A stretch of DNA of 64,000 nucleotides, taken from Elusimicrobiota bacterium. GTDB lineage: Bacteria; Elusimicrobiota; Elusimicrobia; Elusimicrobiales; UBA9959. A program made the translations under genes and the position numbers. Under the pieces are notes generated by a model, which saw only the letters and a list, made by a program, of their open reading frames with translations, searched no databases and was not told the DNA's origin. Each line of letters opens with the position of its first letter. Positions within the stretch are counted from its first letter, which is position 1. Below, piece by piece: positions 1 through 9,279 of this stretch. The DNA lies in contig DAIENX010000002.1 in NCBI GenBank assembly GCA_027340875.1, forward strand, positions 1-64,000, in the 5' to 3' direction.

Positions 1-332
1 CCGCCGGCAAGACGGAGTTCTGGCAGAAGATAGCCAGGATAAAGCCGGTCTCCACCTTTCCGCACAGCTGGCGCGACCTTTCTATAGTGCTGGAGGAGCG
101 CCACGAGTGGGGGGAGCTCGAGCGCTCCTTCTCCGGAGTGCAGGACCTGGCCTCGGCCAGGCTGGTGGACGTTTATAAGGGCAAGAGCATTCCGGCCGGC
201 CACCGCAGCCTCACGATACGCTTCACGTTCTCCTCGATGGAGAAGACCCTGAACGACGCGGACGTGGGGACCCGCATGACGGCCATACTGGACAAGCTCT
301 CCAGGAACTTCGGGGCCAAGCTCAGGGCATGA
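1..332 (+). CDS. pheT: Phenylalanine--tRNA ligase beta subunit, C-terminal part (5' truncated by window)
   Basis: FDX-ACB domain motifs: FPHSWRDLSIV, DVYKGKSIPAGHRSLTIRFTF, TLND, GAKLR at the C-terminus. Confidence 0.9.
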   Translation, partial: AGKTEFWQKIARIKPVSTFPHSWRDLSIVLEERHEWGELERSFSGVQDLASARLVDVYKGKSIPAGHRSLTIRFTFSSMEKTLNDADVGTRMTAILDKLSRNFGAKLRA

Positions 333-580
333 TGAAGCACAAGCTGGAAGGGGTCTGCTCCAAGGAAGTGAGCTTCAAGGTGGTCTCAGGCCGTCTTAAG
401 GACGTCAGGTTCTACCGCGGCTGCCCGGGGAACCTTAAGGCCCTGGCGCTGCTGCTGGAAGGCATGAGGGTGAGGGACGCGGTGGACAAGCTCAAAGGCA
501 TAACCTGCGGGGATAAGGCCACGTCCTGCTCGGACCAGCTGGCCAGGGTGCTGGAGAGGATAGCCAAGGAAGCGGAATGA
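329..580 (+). CDS. Small TSCPD-domain protein (TIGR03905-like)
   Basis: GVCS...GCPGNL...LKGITCGDKATSCSDQLA pattern; overlaps the pheT stop. Confidence 0.8.
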   Translation: MMKHKLEGVCSKEVSFKVVSGRLKDVRFYRGCPGNLKALALLLEGMRVRDAVDKLKGITCGDKATSCSDQLARVLERIAKEAE

Positions 581-598
581 GAGCTCCTCGGGAGCAAT

Positions 599-627
599 AA
601 AAAGGCCGGGCTGTCCCGGCCTTTTTT
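599..627 (+). terminator. Rho-independent terminator (possibly bidirectional)
   Basis: A-tract, GGCCGGG-ctgt-CCCGGCC hairpin, then TTTTTT. Confidence 0.75.
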
Positions 628-770
628 GCGCCCGCCGGCCCATGCATGACCTTTTGCGTACTCCTGCGCCCGTGCAGGACGGTATACGCGCGTAGGTATT
701 AAAGCCCCATGCTCTGGGTCCTAGTGCCCGTGCCGTCCCTGCCGTCCTCTGTTAAGATATCATCATAGTT

Positions 771-2132
771 ATGGGACCGCTCAAGGCGCTGATCTCTGCG
801 ATGCTCCTGCTGTGCTGCAGGCCAGCCGTCGCTTTGGACCCGCCGGAAGGCGGCCGTTCCGATAAAAGCGTCGTTCATTACGGCATCGACCCGGAGCTGG
901 GCATAGAGAGCCGCTCTTTCTCCCCGGAGCTGGTGAGCGGGCTGTATGAGCGGCTTTCCGGCCGCAAAAGTTCCGGCCTGATAGGCCAGGGCGGTTCCGG
1001 GCTGCCTTCGCGCGGCAGGGTGAAGATACTGGTCCTGCTGGTCGAGTTCGACGAATACCCAGCCCGGCCAGGCGAGACAGCTGAGGCGGTCCAGTCCAGG
1101 ATATTCGGTTCGGGGGGGAGTTTCCCCTTCGAGAGCCTGTCCGCTTTTTACCGCCGTTCCTCCCGCGGCGCGCTCGAGATCGAAGGGAACGTGCTGGGCT
1201 GGTACAAGGCCGGCCGCCGCGCGGACGTGCCGCAGACCAGGGCCGGCCGCGAAGAACTCATCAAGAAAGCGCTGCTGAGCTTCAAGGGACACGACTTTTC
1301 CCAGTACGACAATAACGGCGACGGCGCGATAGACTATTTCGCCGTAGTCTGGACCGGCCCGTCCGGAGACTGGGCCACGTTCTGGTGGGGCGCGGCGCCT
1401 CAATTCTCCGACAAGGCTTTTTCCGTAGGCGGCAAGACGCTCGGCTCCTATTCCTGGCAGGGCGTGGCCGAGGACTGGGCGGACCCCTCCTCCGACTTCA
1501 GGATAACCACGCTCATACACGAGACCGGCCATTCCCTGGGCCTGCCGGACTATTACGATTACAAGCCCGGCGTCGGCCCTGACGGAGGCCTGGGCTATTT
1601 CGACATGATGGACTCCAAGCATTACGACCACAACTGCTTCAGCAAGATGATGCTGGGCTGGGTGGAGCCCAGGGTGGTGAATTACGACGGCGAGTTCTCG
1701 CTGGCGGCTGCGGCCATGTCAGGGGAATGCCTGATGGTGGTGCCGCCGGGAGCCCCGGGCGGCAGGTTCGGCGAGTTCTTCCTGGTGGAGAACCGCAGGC
1801 GCGCCGGCAATGACGCCGACCCCCGCGATATCGGAGAAGGCTTGGTGATCTGGCACGTGGACGCCAGGCTGAATTCCGCCGGTAACGATTTCCTCTTCAA
1901 TAACCAGGACACCGAGCACAAGCTGCTGAGGGCAATGGAGGCGGACGGGAGCGAGAGAATAGAGAAAGGACCCAGCAGGCAGTTCACCCGTACCAGCTTC
2001 TACTCCGCAGGGCGCGAACTGGGCCCGGGCACGGCCCCGTCCAGCGCTTTCTACGGCGGCGGCGTGACCGGCCTGACTCTCACTTCGGTCTCCGACGGCC
2101 AGCAGGCCTCGTTCAGGATAAGTTTCAGGTAA
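771..2132 (+). CDS. Secreted M6-family (immune inhibitor A-like) metalloprotease
   Basis: Signal peptide; KILVLLVEF; FSQYDNNGDG; zinc motif HETGHSLGLPDYYD; EFFLVENR and GLVIWHVD. Confidence 0.85.
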   Translation: MGPLKALISAMLLLCCRPAVALDPPEGGRSDKSVVHYGIDPELGIESRSFSPELVSGLYERLSGRKSSGLIGQGGSGLPSRGRVKILVLLVEFDEYPARPGETAEAVQSRIFGSGGSFPFESLSAFYRRSSRGALEIEGNVLGWYKAGRRADVPQTRAGREELIKKALLSFKGHDFSQYDNNGDGAIDYFAVVWTGPSGDWATFWWGAAPQFSDKAFSVGGKTLGSYSWQGVAEDWADPSSDFRITTLIHETGHSLGLPDYYDYKPGVGPDGGLGYFDMMDSKHYDHNCFSKMMLGWVEPRVVNYDGEFSLAAAAMSGECLMVVPPGAPGGRFGEFFLVENRRRAGNDADPRDIGEGLVIWHVDARLNSAGNDFLFNNQDTEHKLLRAMEADGSERIEKGPSRQFTRTSFYSAGRELGPGTAPSSAFYGGGVTGLTLTSVSDGQQASFRISFR

Positions 2133-2149
2133 AACGCGAGAGGGGATAT

Positions 2150-2183
2150 AAAGGCCGGGTTTTCACCCGGCCTCTTTGCTTTT
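2150..2183. terminator. Terminator hairpin between convergent genes
   Basis: AGGCCGGGT-tttc-ACCCGGCCT followed by a T-rich tract. Confidence 0.65.
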
Positions 2184-2195
2184 CGGGGAGACGTC

Positions 2196-3311
2196 TTACC
2201 TGGGCTGCTGGGGCTGGTGATCCTGCTGATAGGCCATCACGAGCGCCGCTATGGATGCCACCACTTCCTTCGGATAGGTCCTGGTGTCGACCGCGCCGTT
2301 GATGGCGTTGCGGTCGATGGTCAGGCGGATGCCGTCCTCCCAGATGTCGAACGAGCCGTCGCCGAAGCGGTCGCGCATCTCTAGCCGGACGCCGACGCTG
2401 TCCTGCTCCGGGCGGTCCACCGCCACCGTACCCGTTATCTCCCATCGGCCTGCCCACTCCTCCATGCGCAGGCTGGTGCGCCCGGCGCTGAGCTCGTAGC
2501 GGTTCGTGAAGAAGCCGCTGACGCGGCCCCACTGGTGGGTGCCGTTCTCCACGGTGATGTCGGAATCGTACTCCCTGTCGAAGACCTTCCTGAGGCCGAT
2601 CTCTATGCGGGCCCAGGGATCGCGCGCCTCCACGGTGTTCCAGCCGGAGAAGCCGGAGCCGATGGTCAGCCAGATGCGCTGGCTCAGGTCGGCGGATTTT
2701 TCCTCCGGCTTCGGCTCGCCTTTCTCCACCTGCAGGGCCAGTATCATCGAGGTGACGGCGGCCACGGCCTTTTTGGAGATGCGCTCCGCGTCGTAGTTGC
2801 CGTTGATAGAATTGCGGTCCGTGTAGAGGTTCAGCCCGTTGCCGAAGACGCTGTAGGAGAAGTCGTCGAAGCGCTTGCTCACGCTGATGCTGACATAAGT
2901 GGTCTTGTCGCCGTCGCGGACGTTGCCGCTTATGAAGTAGGAGCTGTCCGAGCCGCTCATGCTGAGGAAGAAACCGGAGCCGGACATGCTGTAATAGGTG
3001 CCGGACTTGCGTATTGACGCCCAGGCGTAATCGCTGTCCGTGCGCATGTTGACCTCGAAGCTGCCCTCGAAGCTCTCCCGCACGCGGGTCTCTATGCGGG
3101 CGCCGTAGTCGTCGGCCTGCGCCTCCTTGAAGGACGGGTTGTTGCGCACGCCCATCCAGACGTACTGGCTGGCCGCCCTGGTGGCCGCCGGGACCGCCAC
3201 GGGCGCATCCCCGCTCTCTTTCAGCGCGGAAAGACCGATGGAGGGAAGATCGAAAGAGAAGGCGGGATCCGCAGAGAATACTAACAATACAGCTGAAAGT
3301 ATCTTGAACAT
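2196..3311 (-). CDS. Secreted hypothetical protein with two tandem homologous domains
   Basis: Start placed at ATG 3311 after GGAGG; signal peptide; repeated ARIE...DRNxING...VAxxxxxxxA segments. Confidence 0.7.
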   Translation of the reverse strand: MFKILSAVLLVFSADPAFSFDLPSIGLSALKESGDAPVAVPAATRAASQYVWMGVRNNPSFKEAQADDYGARIETRVRESFEGSFEVNMRTDSDYAWASIRKSGTYYSMSGSGFFLSMSGSDSSYFISGNVRDGDKTTYVSISVSKRFDDFSYSVFGNGLNLYTDRNSINGNYDAERISKKAVAAVTSMILALQVEKGEPKPEEKSADLSQRIWLTIGSGFSGWNTVEARDPWARIEIGLRKVFDREYDSDITVENGTHQWGRVSGFFTNRYELSAGRTSLRMEEWAGRWEITGTVAVDRPEQDSVGVRLEMRDRFGDGSFDIWEDGIRLTIDRNAINGAVDTRTYPKEVVASIAALVMAYQQDHQPQQPR

Positions 3312-3452
3312 TCCAAACCTCCGCATATAGCTTTTTCAATATTATAGATACCTTTAGAACCAGTCCGTAAGGGCCGCAGGGCCCAGGCACCGGCAGGGAC
3401 TTTAGGGCAATTGCCGCATTTGCTAGACTTTCAGGAGGATAACGGAGACTCG

Positions 3453-5012
3453 ATGAACTTCAGCAAAACAGCCATCCTTGCCCTGCTGCTCGGAGCCGCG
3501 GTCCCGGCCGCAGCCGCCGATTTCCGCGACGAGAGCATCTACCTGGTCCTGACCGACCGCTACGCGGACGGCGACCCCGCCAACAACGACGTGTACGGCG
3601 ACGAGTACCGCCCGGGCAACCTGCGCTACTACCAGGGCGGGGATTTCAAAGGGCTCATGGAGAACCTGGACCACATACGGAAGATGGGCTTCTCGGCCGT
3701 CTGGATCACTCCGCCCGTCATGCAGCCACCGGGACGGTACGTAAACAGCTCCAGAACCTACGACGCCGCCGGCTACCACGGCTACTGGGGCTGGGACTTC
3801 TCCCGCATAGATCCGCACCTTGAGTCGAAGGGTGCCTCCTACCGGGAGCTGATAAAGGCCCTGCACTCCAAGGATATGAAGCTGGTCCAGGACATAGTGC
3901 TCAACCACGCCCACGGCGGGGACGCGGACCCGGCGGTCAAGTGGTACGCCGAGCGCGGGATAGCGCGCGGCCTCGGCCGGACCTACGATTATTTCGACGA
4001 CAGGCAGAAGTGGTTCCATCACACGGGACCGGTCATCGCCGACCTGCTGGACTTCAACGAACAGAACCCTGAAGTGCTGAAGTGGTTCACGGAGATCTAC
4101 CGGGGCTACCAGGCCATGGGCGTGGATGCCTTCCGCGTGGACACGCTGGTCTGGATGAACAACGATTTCTGGAGGGACTTCGCCAAGGCCATGCACGCCT
4201 CTAAGAAGGACTTCTTCATGTTCGGCGAGGCCTGGACCAACGACGACTTCGTCATGCTGTCCTCGTATACCAGGCTTTCCCCTGGCGCGCCTATGAACAA
4301 CGCGATGAGTGTGCTGGACATGCCGCTCTCGTCCATGGGGACCTGGGGCCCGATGGAAAAGGTGTTCAAAGGGGGGGATTATTCCGAGGCTGACCGCCTG
4401 TTCTCTCACGACGCCCTGTACCGCGACGCCACCTACCTGGTGACCTTCCTGGACAATCACGACAAGCCCAGGTTCAACGGCGTGGAAGGGGACGGCACGC
4501 CCGCCACCCTGGCGCAGTACTTCGACGCGCTGGACTTCTACTTCACGGTCCGCGGCATCCCGTGCATCTATTACGGCACCGAGGCCAGGATGTCCGGCGG
4601 CAACGATCCGGACAACAGGCGCATGCTGGGCGCCGACGGCATAGCGCGGTCGGAGTCGGACCCGGTCTTTTTCCGCTTGACCAAGCTGAACGCCATCAGG
4701 AAGTCCGCCGCTCCGCTGCGCCGGGGGAGGCAGACGCGCCTGTCGTCCTCGCATGACCAGTACGCCTTCCGGCGGGATTATTTCCGCGAGACGGCCGCAG
4801 TCTTCCTGAACAAGGGAGAGGCCGCCGCGCCGATGAGCGCCGAGGGTCTGCCGGACGGCAGGTACCGCGAGCTGTATACGGGTGTGAGGGTAAAGGTCAA
4901 AGGCGGGAAGCTGTCGACGGAAGTGCCGGCCCACGGCATGCGGGCATTCGTGAAGGGGCGGGTGAAGGGAAAGCCGTGGCTGCTGGCCGGCGGCGAGGAG
5001 GCGGCGGAATGA
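3453..5012 (+). CDS. Secreted GH13 alpha-amylase family protein
   Basis: Signal peptide; IYLVLTDRY, GGDFKG, YHGYW, DIVLNH, FRVDT, GEAW, FLDNHD conserved regions. Confidence 0.9.
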   Translation: MNFSKTAILALLLGAAVPAAAADFRDESIYLVLTDRYADGDPANNDVYGDEYRPGNLRYYQGGDFKGLMENLDHIRKMGFSAVWITPPVMQPPGRYVNSSRTYDAAGYHGYWGWDFSRIDPHLESKGASYRELIKALHSKDMKLVQDIVLNHAHGGDADPAVKWYAERGIARGLGRTYDYFDDRQKWFHHTGPVIADLLDFNEQNPEVLKWFTEIYRGYQAMGVDAFRVDTLVWMNNDFWRDFAKAMHASKKDFFMFGEAWTNDDFVMLSSYTRLSPGAPMNNAMSVLDMPLSSMGTWGPMEKVFKGGDYSEADRLFSHDALYRDATYLVTFLDNHDKPRFNGVEGDGTPATLAQYFDALDFYFTVRGIPCIYYGTEARMSGGNDPDNRRMLGADGIARSESDPVFFRLTKLNAIRKSAAPLRRGRQTRLSSSHDQYAFRRDYFRETAAVFLNKGEAAAPMSAEGLPDGRYRELYTGVRVKVKGGKLSTEVPAHGMRAFVKGRVKGKPWLLAGGEEAAE

Positions 5013-5854
5013 GCTTCAGGGAGATAAAGGCCGTGATGGAAGGGCAATGGGTCGTGGAGGGGGCCGGCGTGAAGCTGAAGCGGATCTTCGGCTTCGGGAA
5101 CACGGAACTGACGGACCCTTTCCTGCTGCTGGATAATTTCGGTTCTGACGTCCCTGAGGACTACGTCGCCGGCTTTCCCTGGCACCCGCACCGGGGCATA
5201 GAGACCATTACCTATATGCTCGAGGGGGAGGTGGAGCACGGCGACTCGCTGGGGAACTCCGGAGTGATACGGAGCGGACAGGTACAGTGGATGACGGCGG
5301 GCTCCGGTATAGTGCATCAGGAGATGCCCAGGCCTTGCGAAGGCACGATGCGCGGCTTCCAGCTCTGGGCCAACCTGCCGAAGAAGCACAAAATGACCAG
5401 GCCTCGCTACCGCGACATCAGGGCCGGGGATATAGCCCGTTACGACGGCGAGGGTTTATCGGTACGTATCATCTGCGGTGAGTACGGGGGGGCGTCCGGA
5501 CCGGCGCAGGATATCATCATCAAGCCCTGGTTCTTCGACGTGAGGGTGGAACCTGGTGCCGTGATAGAGCTTGAGACGCGCCCGGAGGATAACGTGCTGT
5601 GCTGCGTATTCGAGGGTTCCGGCAGCTTCGGCCGGAAGAAACCAGTGGAGGTGCGCCCGGGCATGCTTGCCGCGTTCGGCGATGGCGACAGGCTGGCCTG
5701 CGCGGCCTCCGGGGAAGGGCTGCGCTTCATGCTGATGGCCGGCAAGCCGCTGCGGGAGCCGGTGGCCTGGCGCGGGCCCATCGTGATGAACACGGAGGCG
5801 GAGCTGCGCAGGGCCTTCGAGGAGTACCGGAAGGGTACCTTCATAAAGAACTGA
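5009..5854 (+). CDS. Pirin family protein
   Basis: DPFLLLD, GFPWHPHRGIETITY, WMTAGSGIVHQE, GPIVMNT. Confidence 0.92.
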   Translation: MSFREIKAVMEGQWVVEGAGVKLKRIFGFGNTELTDPFLLLDNFGSDVPEDYVAGFPWHPHRGIETITYMLEGEVEHGDSLGNSGVIRSGQVQWMTAGSGIVHQEMPRPCEGTMRGFQLWANLPKKHKMTRPRYRDIRAGDIARYDGEGLSVRIICGEYGGASGPAQDIIIKPWFFDVRVEPGAVIELETRPEDNVLCCVFEGSGSFGRKKPVEVRPGMLAAFGDGDRLACAASGEGLRFMLMAGKPLREPVAWRGPIVMNTEAELRRAFEEYRKGTFIKN

Positions 5855-5899
5855 CCCGCCCTTACGGGCGGGCCGTCGGGCCGGTCCTGCGGGGCCGGC

Positions 5900-7867
5900 C
5901 TATTTTTTCAACGGGATGTGGAAGAAGAAGCGGGAACCTACGCCGAGCTCGGACTCTATGCCCATCTCGCCGCCGTGGCGCTGGACTATCTCGCGGGCGA
6001 TCTTGAGGCCTAAGCCGAAGCCGGCCTTGCGCATGCCCTGGGCTTCCTTGGTCTGGAAGAACCGCTCCCAGACGCGTGGCAGGTCCTCTTTCGAGATGCC
6101 GATGCCGGTGTCGATCACGCTGACGACCACGCGGTCCGGCAGCAGCTCGCCCTTTATCGTGATCTTGCCGCCTTCCTTGGTGTACTGGATGGCGTTAGTG
6201 CAGAGGTTCTGCACCACCTGGCCGATGCGGGCGTCGTCGCCTGCCAGCGGAGGCAGCACCGGCGGGACTTCCAGCTTCATGTTCAGGTTGCGCTTCTGCG
6301 CCGCTATCTCCACGCGGGCGTAGACGTCGTGCATGACGGCCAGCAGGTTGAGCGTGCCTATTTCGACGCGCAGTTTTCCGGACTCGATCGCGGCGAGGTC
6401 CACCAGGTCGGAGATCAGGATGTTGAGGGTCTTGGCCGAGGTCAGGATGTTGGAGGCGTATTTATGCTCGCTCGGCATCGTCTGCAGCTTCTTGCCCAGC
6501 ACCTCGGAGTAGCCGAGTATCGCGGTCAGCGGGCTCTTCACGTCGTGCGCCACGGTGGCGAAGAACTTCTTCTGGAAGCCGTTGATCAGCTCCAGCTGCT
6601 CCTTCTGCTCCTGCGTCTCTTTCAGCAGGCGGGCGTTCTCGAGCTTCAGGAAGCGGGCCTCCAGCGCCTTCTGCACGGAGAAGATCAGCCGCGAGGCCTC
6701 GACCGGCTTGAGCAGCGCGTCGTCGAGGCCCAGCTCCACCACCTGGCTGACGCCCTGCAGGGCCGCCTTCAGCGGGTACTGGTCCACCATGAAGATGATG
6801 CGCATGTCCGGATCGCGCTCCCGCATCTTCTGCGCCAGCTCCGCGCCGGTGAGCTCCGCCATGGTTATGGCCGTGCCGATGACGGCGAGGTGGAAGGAGC
6901 CTTTCTGCGTCAGGCGCAGCGCCTCCGCGCCGTCCATGGAGGAGGTGACCTCGTAGCCGGCGCCTATCAGCGCCTGGCCGAGGGCCGTAAGGGCGGGCTT
7001 GAAATTGTCCAGCAGGAGTATCCTCTCCCGCTCGCGCTCCTTGAGGCGGACTTCGGCCCCGCCCTCGCTGTTCTCCGCCAGGATGCCGGCCACGCGGCCC
7101 GCGTTCTCCTTGGGCAGGGCGACGGGATTGTTATCCTTGAGCGCCTGTATGGCGTAGCGGGCCAGGTCGGCGCCGGAGACCAGGTAGCAGACCGCCTCGG
7201 GCACGGCCGCGCGCACGGCGGCGTCCAGCTGATAGGCCTTGGCCATCGTGCCGCTGAACTGGGCCACCATGACGTTGTTCACGGGCTGCGCCAGCTGGGC
7301 CGGTTCCTCTTCCTCGCCGGAGCCCCCGAGCAGGGACCAGCCTTTCTTCTTGGTACGCTGGCTGACGGAGGCTATCTTGGCCTGGGTCTGGCCGAGCACT
7401 GCGCTGGGGAGGTCGTCCGCGGCTTCCACGGAGATCGCCTGCACTCCGGATTCTTTCAGGGCCGTCTGTACCGCGCCTGTGGAGAAAAGCACCTGGTCGG
7501 CGAGCAGGACTATGGGCCTGGCTATGACCCTGACCTGGTCGGCAAAGCCCATAGGCAGGGGCCAGGTCAGGCGGCGCAGCGGCGAGGAAACGGAAGGGCC
7601 CATGCTGGCCACCGACTCGAGGGTGAAAAGCGGCACGGCGGGATACTGGGCGTGCAGGTCCAGCACTGCGGAGCGTTCGGTGGGGGGCAGCCAGCCGAAG
7701 TCCACGACCACGGCGGAGCATTCGCCGGCGGCCAGTCTTTCGGCGGCGTATTTCAGGGAGGGCACGCAGAGCAGTTCCATGCCCCTGCCGGACATGGACG
7801 GCGTCATTTCCAGCAGCAATTCCTTGCCGCTGGTCACCAGCAGAACTTTGCCCTTGGTCTCAGCCAT
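5900..7867 (-). CDS. Hybrid receiver/histidine kinase
   Basis: REC-like domain, then HisKA (VAHDVKSPL) and HATPase (NAIQYT, DTGIGI, GFGLGL). Confidence 0.85.
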   Translation of the reverse strand: MAETKGKVLLVTSGKELLLEMTPSMSGRGMELLCVPSLKYAAERLAAGECSAVVVDFGWLPPTERSAVLDLHAQYPAVPLFTLESVASMGPSVSSPLRRLTWPLPMGFADQVRVIARPIVLLADQVLFSTGAVQTALKESGVQAISVEAADDLPSAVLGQTQAKIASVSQRTKKKGWSLLGGSGEEEEPAQLAQPVNNVMVAQFSGTMAKAYQLDAAVRAAVPEAVCYLVSGADLARYAIQALKDNNPVALPKENAGRVAGILAENSEGGAEVRLKERERERILLLDNFKPALTALGQALIGAGYEVTSSMDGAEALRLTQKGSFHLAVIGTAITMAELTGAELAQKMRERDPDMRIIFMVDQYPLKAALQGVSQVVELGLDDALLKPVEASRLIFSVQKALEARFLKLENARLLKETQEQKEQLELINGFQKKFFATVAHDVKSPLTAILGYSEVLGKKLQTMPSEHKYASNILTSAKTLNILISDLVDLAAIESGKLRVEIGTLNLLAVMHDVYARVEIAAQKRNLNMKLEVPPVLPPLAGDDARIGQVVQNLCTNAIQYTKEGGKITIKGELLPDRVVVSVIDTGIGISKEDLPRVWERFFQTKEAQGMRKAGFGLGLKIAREIVQRHGGEMGIESELGVGSRFFFHIPLKK

Positions 7868-7942
7868 GTTCCTTATGCCCTGCAGCCGATCTGAATAGAT
7901 TATAGCATTGGGGGCGGGGGGGAAGCGCGCCGCCGGGAAACG

Positions 7943-7970
7943 AAGGACCCCGCCGCTGGGCGGGGTCCTC
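7943..7970 (-). terminator. Hairpin downstream of the serine protease gene
   Basis: AGGACCCCGCC-gct-GGGCGGGGTCCT inverted repeat; weak U-tract. Confidence 0.5.
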
Positions 7971-7990
7971 GGCCTTGCAGGAAGGCGGAT

Positions 7991-9013
7991 CTAGAAGCGC
8001 ACTGTGCGGGCGAGGTCCTCGTTGTAGGGGACGTCCTCCGCGGCGGTCCTGACGATCTCGGGCTCCATGTTCCTGGAAGGACCGATCTCGGGGATGTACT
8101 TCTGCAGCACGGAGATCTTCGTGACGGCTTCGCCTCGGCCCTCGTTCTGGGCGGTGCGGACCTGCGTCTTGCAGCCGGCGGGGCTGTCGGCGAAGTCGTT
8201 GCCGCCGCGAACCAGGATGCCTTCTATCTTATTGGTCCTGGCGTTGAACACGGCCGAGCCTGAATTGCCGCCGAAGGTGTCGAGGTCGGTCATGAAGAAG
8301 GCCTTGGGCTTGGTGCTGCGCACGGAGGCGTCCCCCGCTACCTTTACCGGCAGGCCGACCGGGTGACCTATCACGAATATCCTGTCGCCGTCCTTAAGGT
8401 CCTTGTCGCGGTTGACCGGCAGCGGCTTGCGACCCTCCACCTTGCGGTCGAGCTGCACGAGCGCGAAGTCGGGACCCGCCCTGTTGAGCAGCGCGTTGAG
8501 GATGGCGATGCCGGTGCCGATTATGCCGGAGGCCTGTTTGTCCAGATCGCGCTTTATGATTCGCTTGCAGCCGTAGACGTCCTTGGCGGGAACGGAGGTG
8601 CGCGCCTGGCCGCCGGCCTGGTCTATGTTGAAGCCGAAGACGAACTTGGTGTCGGCGCAGCGGGCCTCGTCCGTGATGCAGTGGCCGGCCGTCATGACGA
8701 TGTCGTCGCCGACCAGCGTGCCGGAGCAGAAGGCGCCTATGGGCTGCTCGCGGAACTTCTCTCCGGGGCAGAGGTTGAGTGCGTCGCCGAAGTTCATGGT
8801 CTTGAGTCTGGCTTCCCCGTTCTCTAAGTTCACCTGTTTGGAGGGCCAGAGCGAGACCACCGAGTCGGCCAGCTGGCGCATGGCCGGCGAGGATTCGAAG
8901 TAATCGAGCCGGTTATCGTCGCCGTAGATGCTCTTGGCCCCGGCGCTCGCGAGCTGCGGCAGCGCGATGGCCGCCGCGGCCAGTATGGAAAAGGATCTGA
9001 ATATCTTGTTCAT
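7991..9013 (-). CDS. Secreted trypsin-like (S1) serine protease
   Basis: Signal peptide; catalytic motifs TAGHC, DFALV, GGNSGS. Confidence 0.88.
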   Translation of the reverse strand: MNKIFRSFSILAAAAIALPQLASAGAKSIYGDDNRLDYFESSPAMRQLADSVVSLWPSKQVNLENGEARLKTMNFGDALNLCPGEKFREQPIGAFCSGTLVGDDIVMTAGHCITDEARCADTKFVFGFNIDQAGGQARTSVPAKDVYGCKRIIKRDLDKQASGIIGTGIAILNALLNRAGPDFALVQLDRKVEGRKPLPVNRDKDLKDGDRIFVIGHPVGLPVKVAGDASVRSTKPKAFFMTDLDTFGGNSGSAVFNARTNKIEGILVRGGNDFADSPAGCKTQVRTAQNEGRGEAVTKISVLQKYIPEIGPSRNMEPEIVRTAAEDVPYNEDLARTVRF

Positions 9014-9231
9014 AGTTCCTCCGTAATACCTGTATACCTATATAATGGCGGTTTTCAGCGTTTTCCACAAAGGTCTTAGGACCCCGTTTTTTGCGGTAAA
9101 AGGGCAGGCTTGGCCTGGGCCCTAAGGGAAGGTGGCATGCCGGCAGGTCCAGGCGGGCAATCCTGTTTAGGTCGAAATGCCCATGACTGCGCCCATACGG
9201 CGGGGTATACTTTCAGTACAGGTCGGGCCCG

Positions 9232-9273
9232 TGACATAACCATGACAATCATCCGGACGGCAATTTGTATATT
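9232..9273 (+). promoter_or_regulatory. hem operon promoter with TGACA-N6-TGACA direct repeat (OmpR/PhoB-type, HemR-like box) and -10-like TATATT
   Basis: TGACA at 9232 and 9243 (11-bp period); TATATT at 9268-9273, 6 nt before ATG 9280. Confidence 0.65.
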
Positions 9274-9279
9274 TTAACC

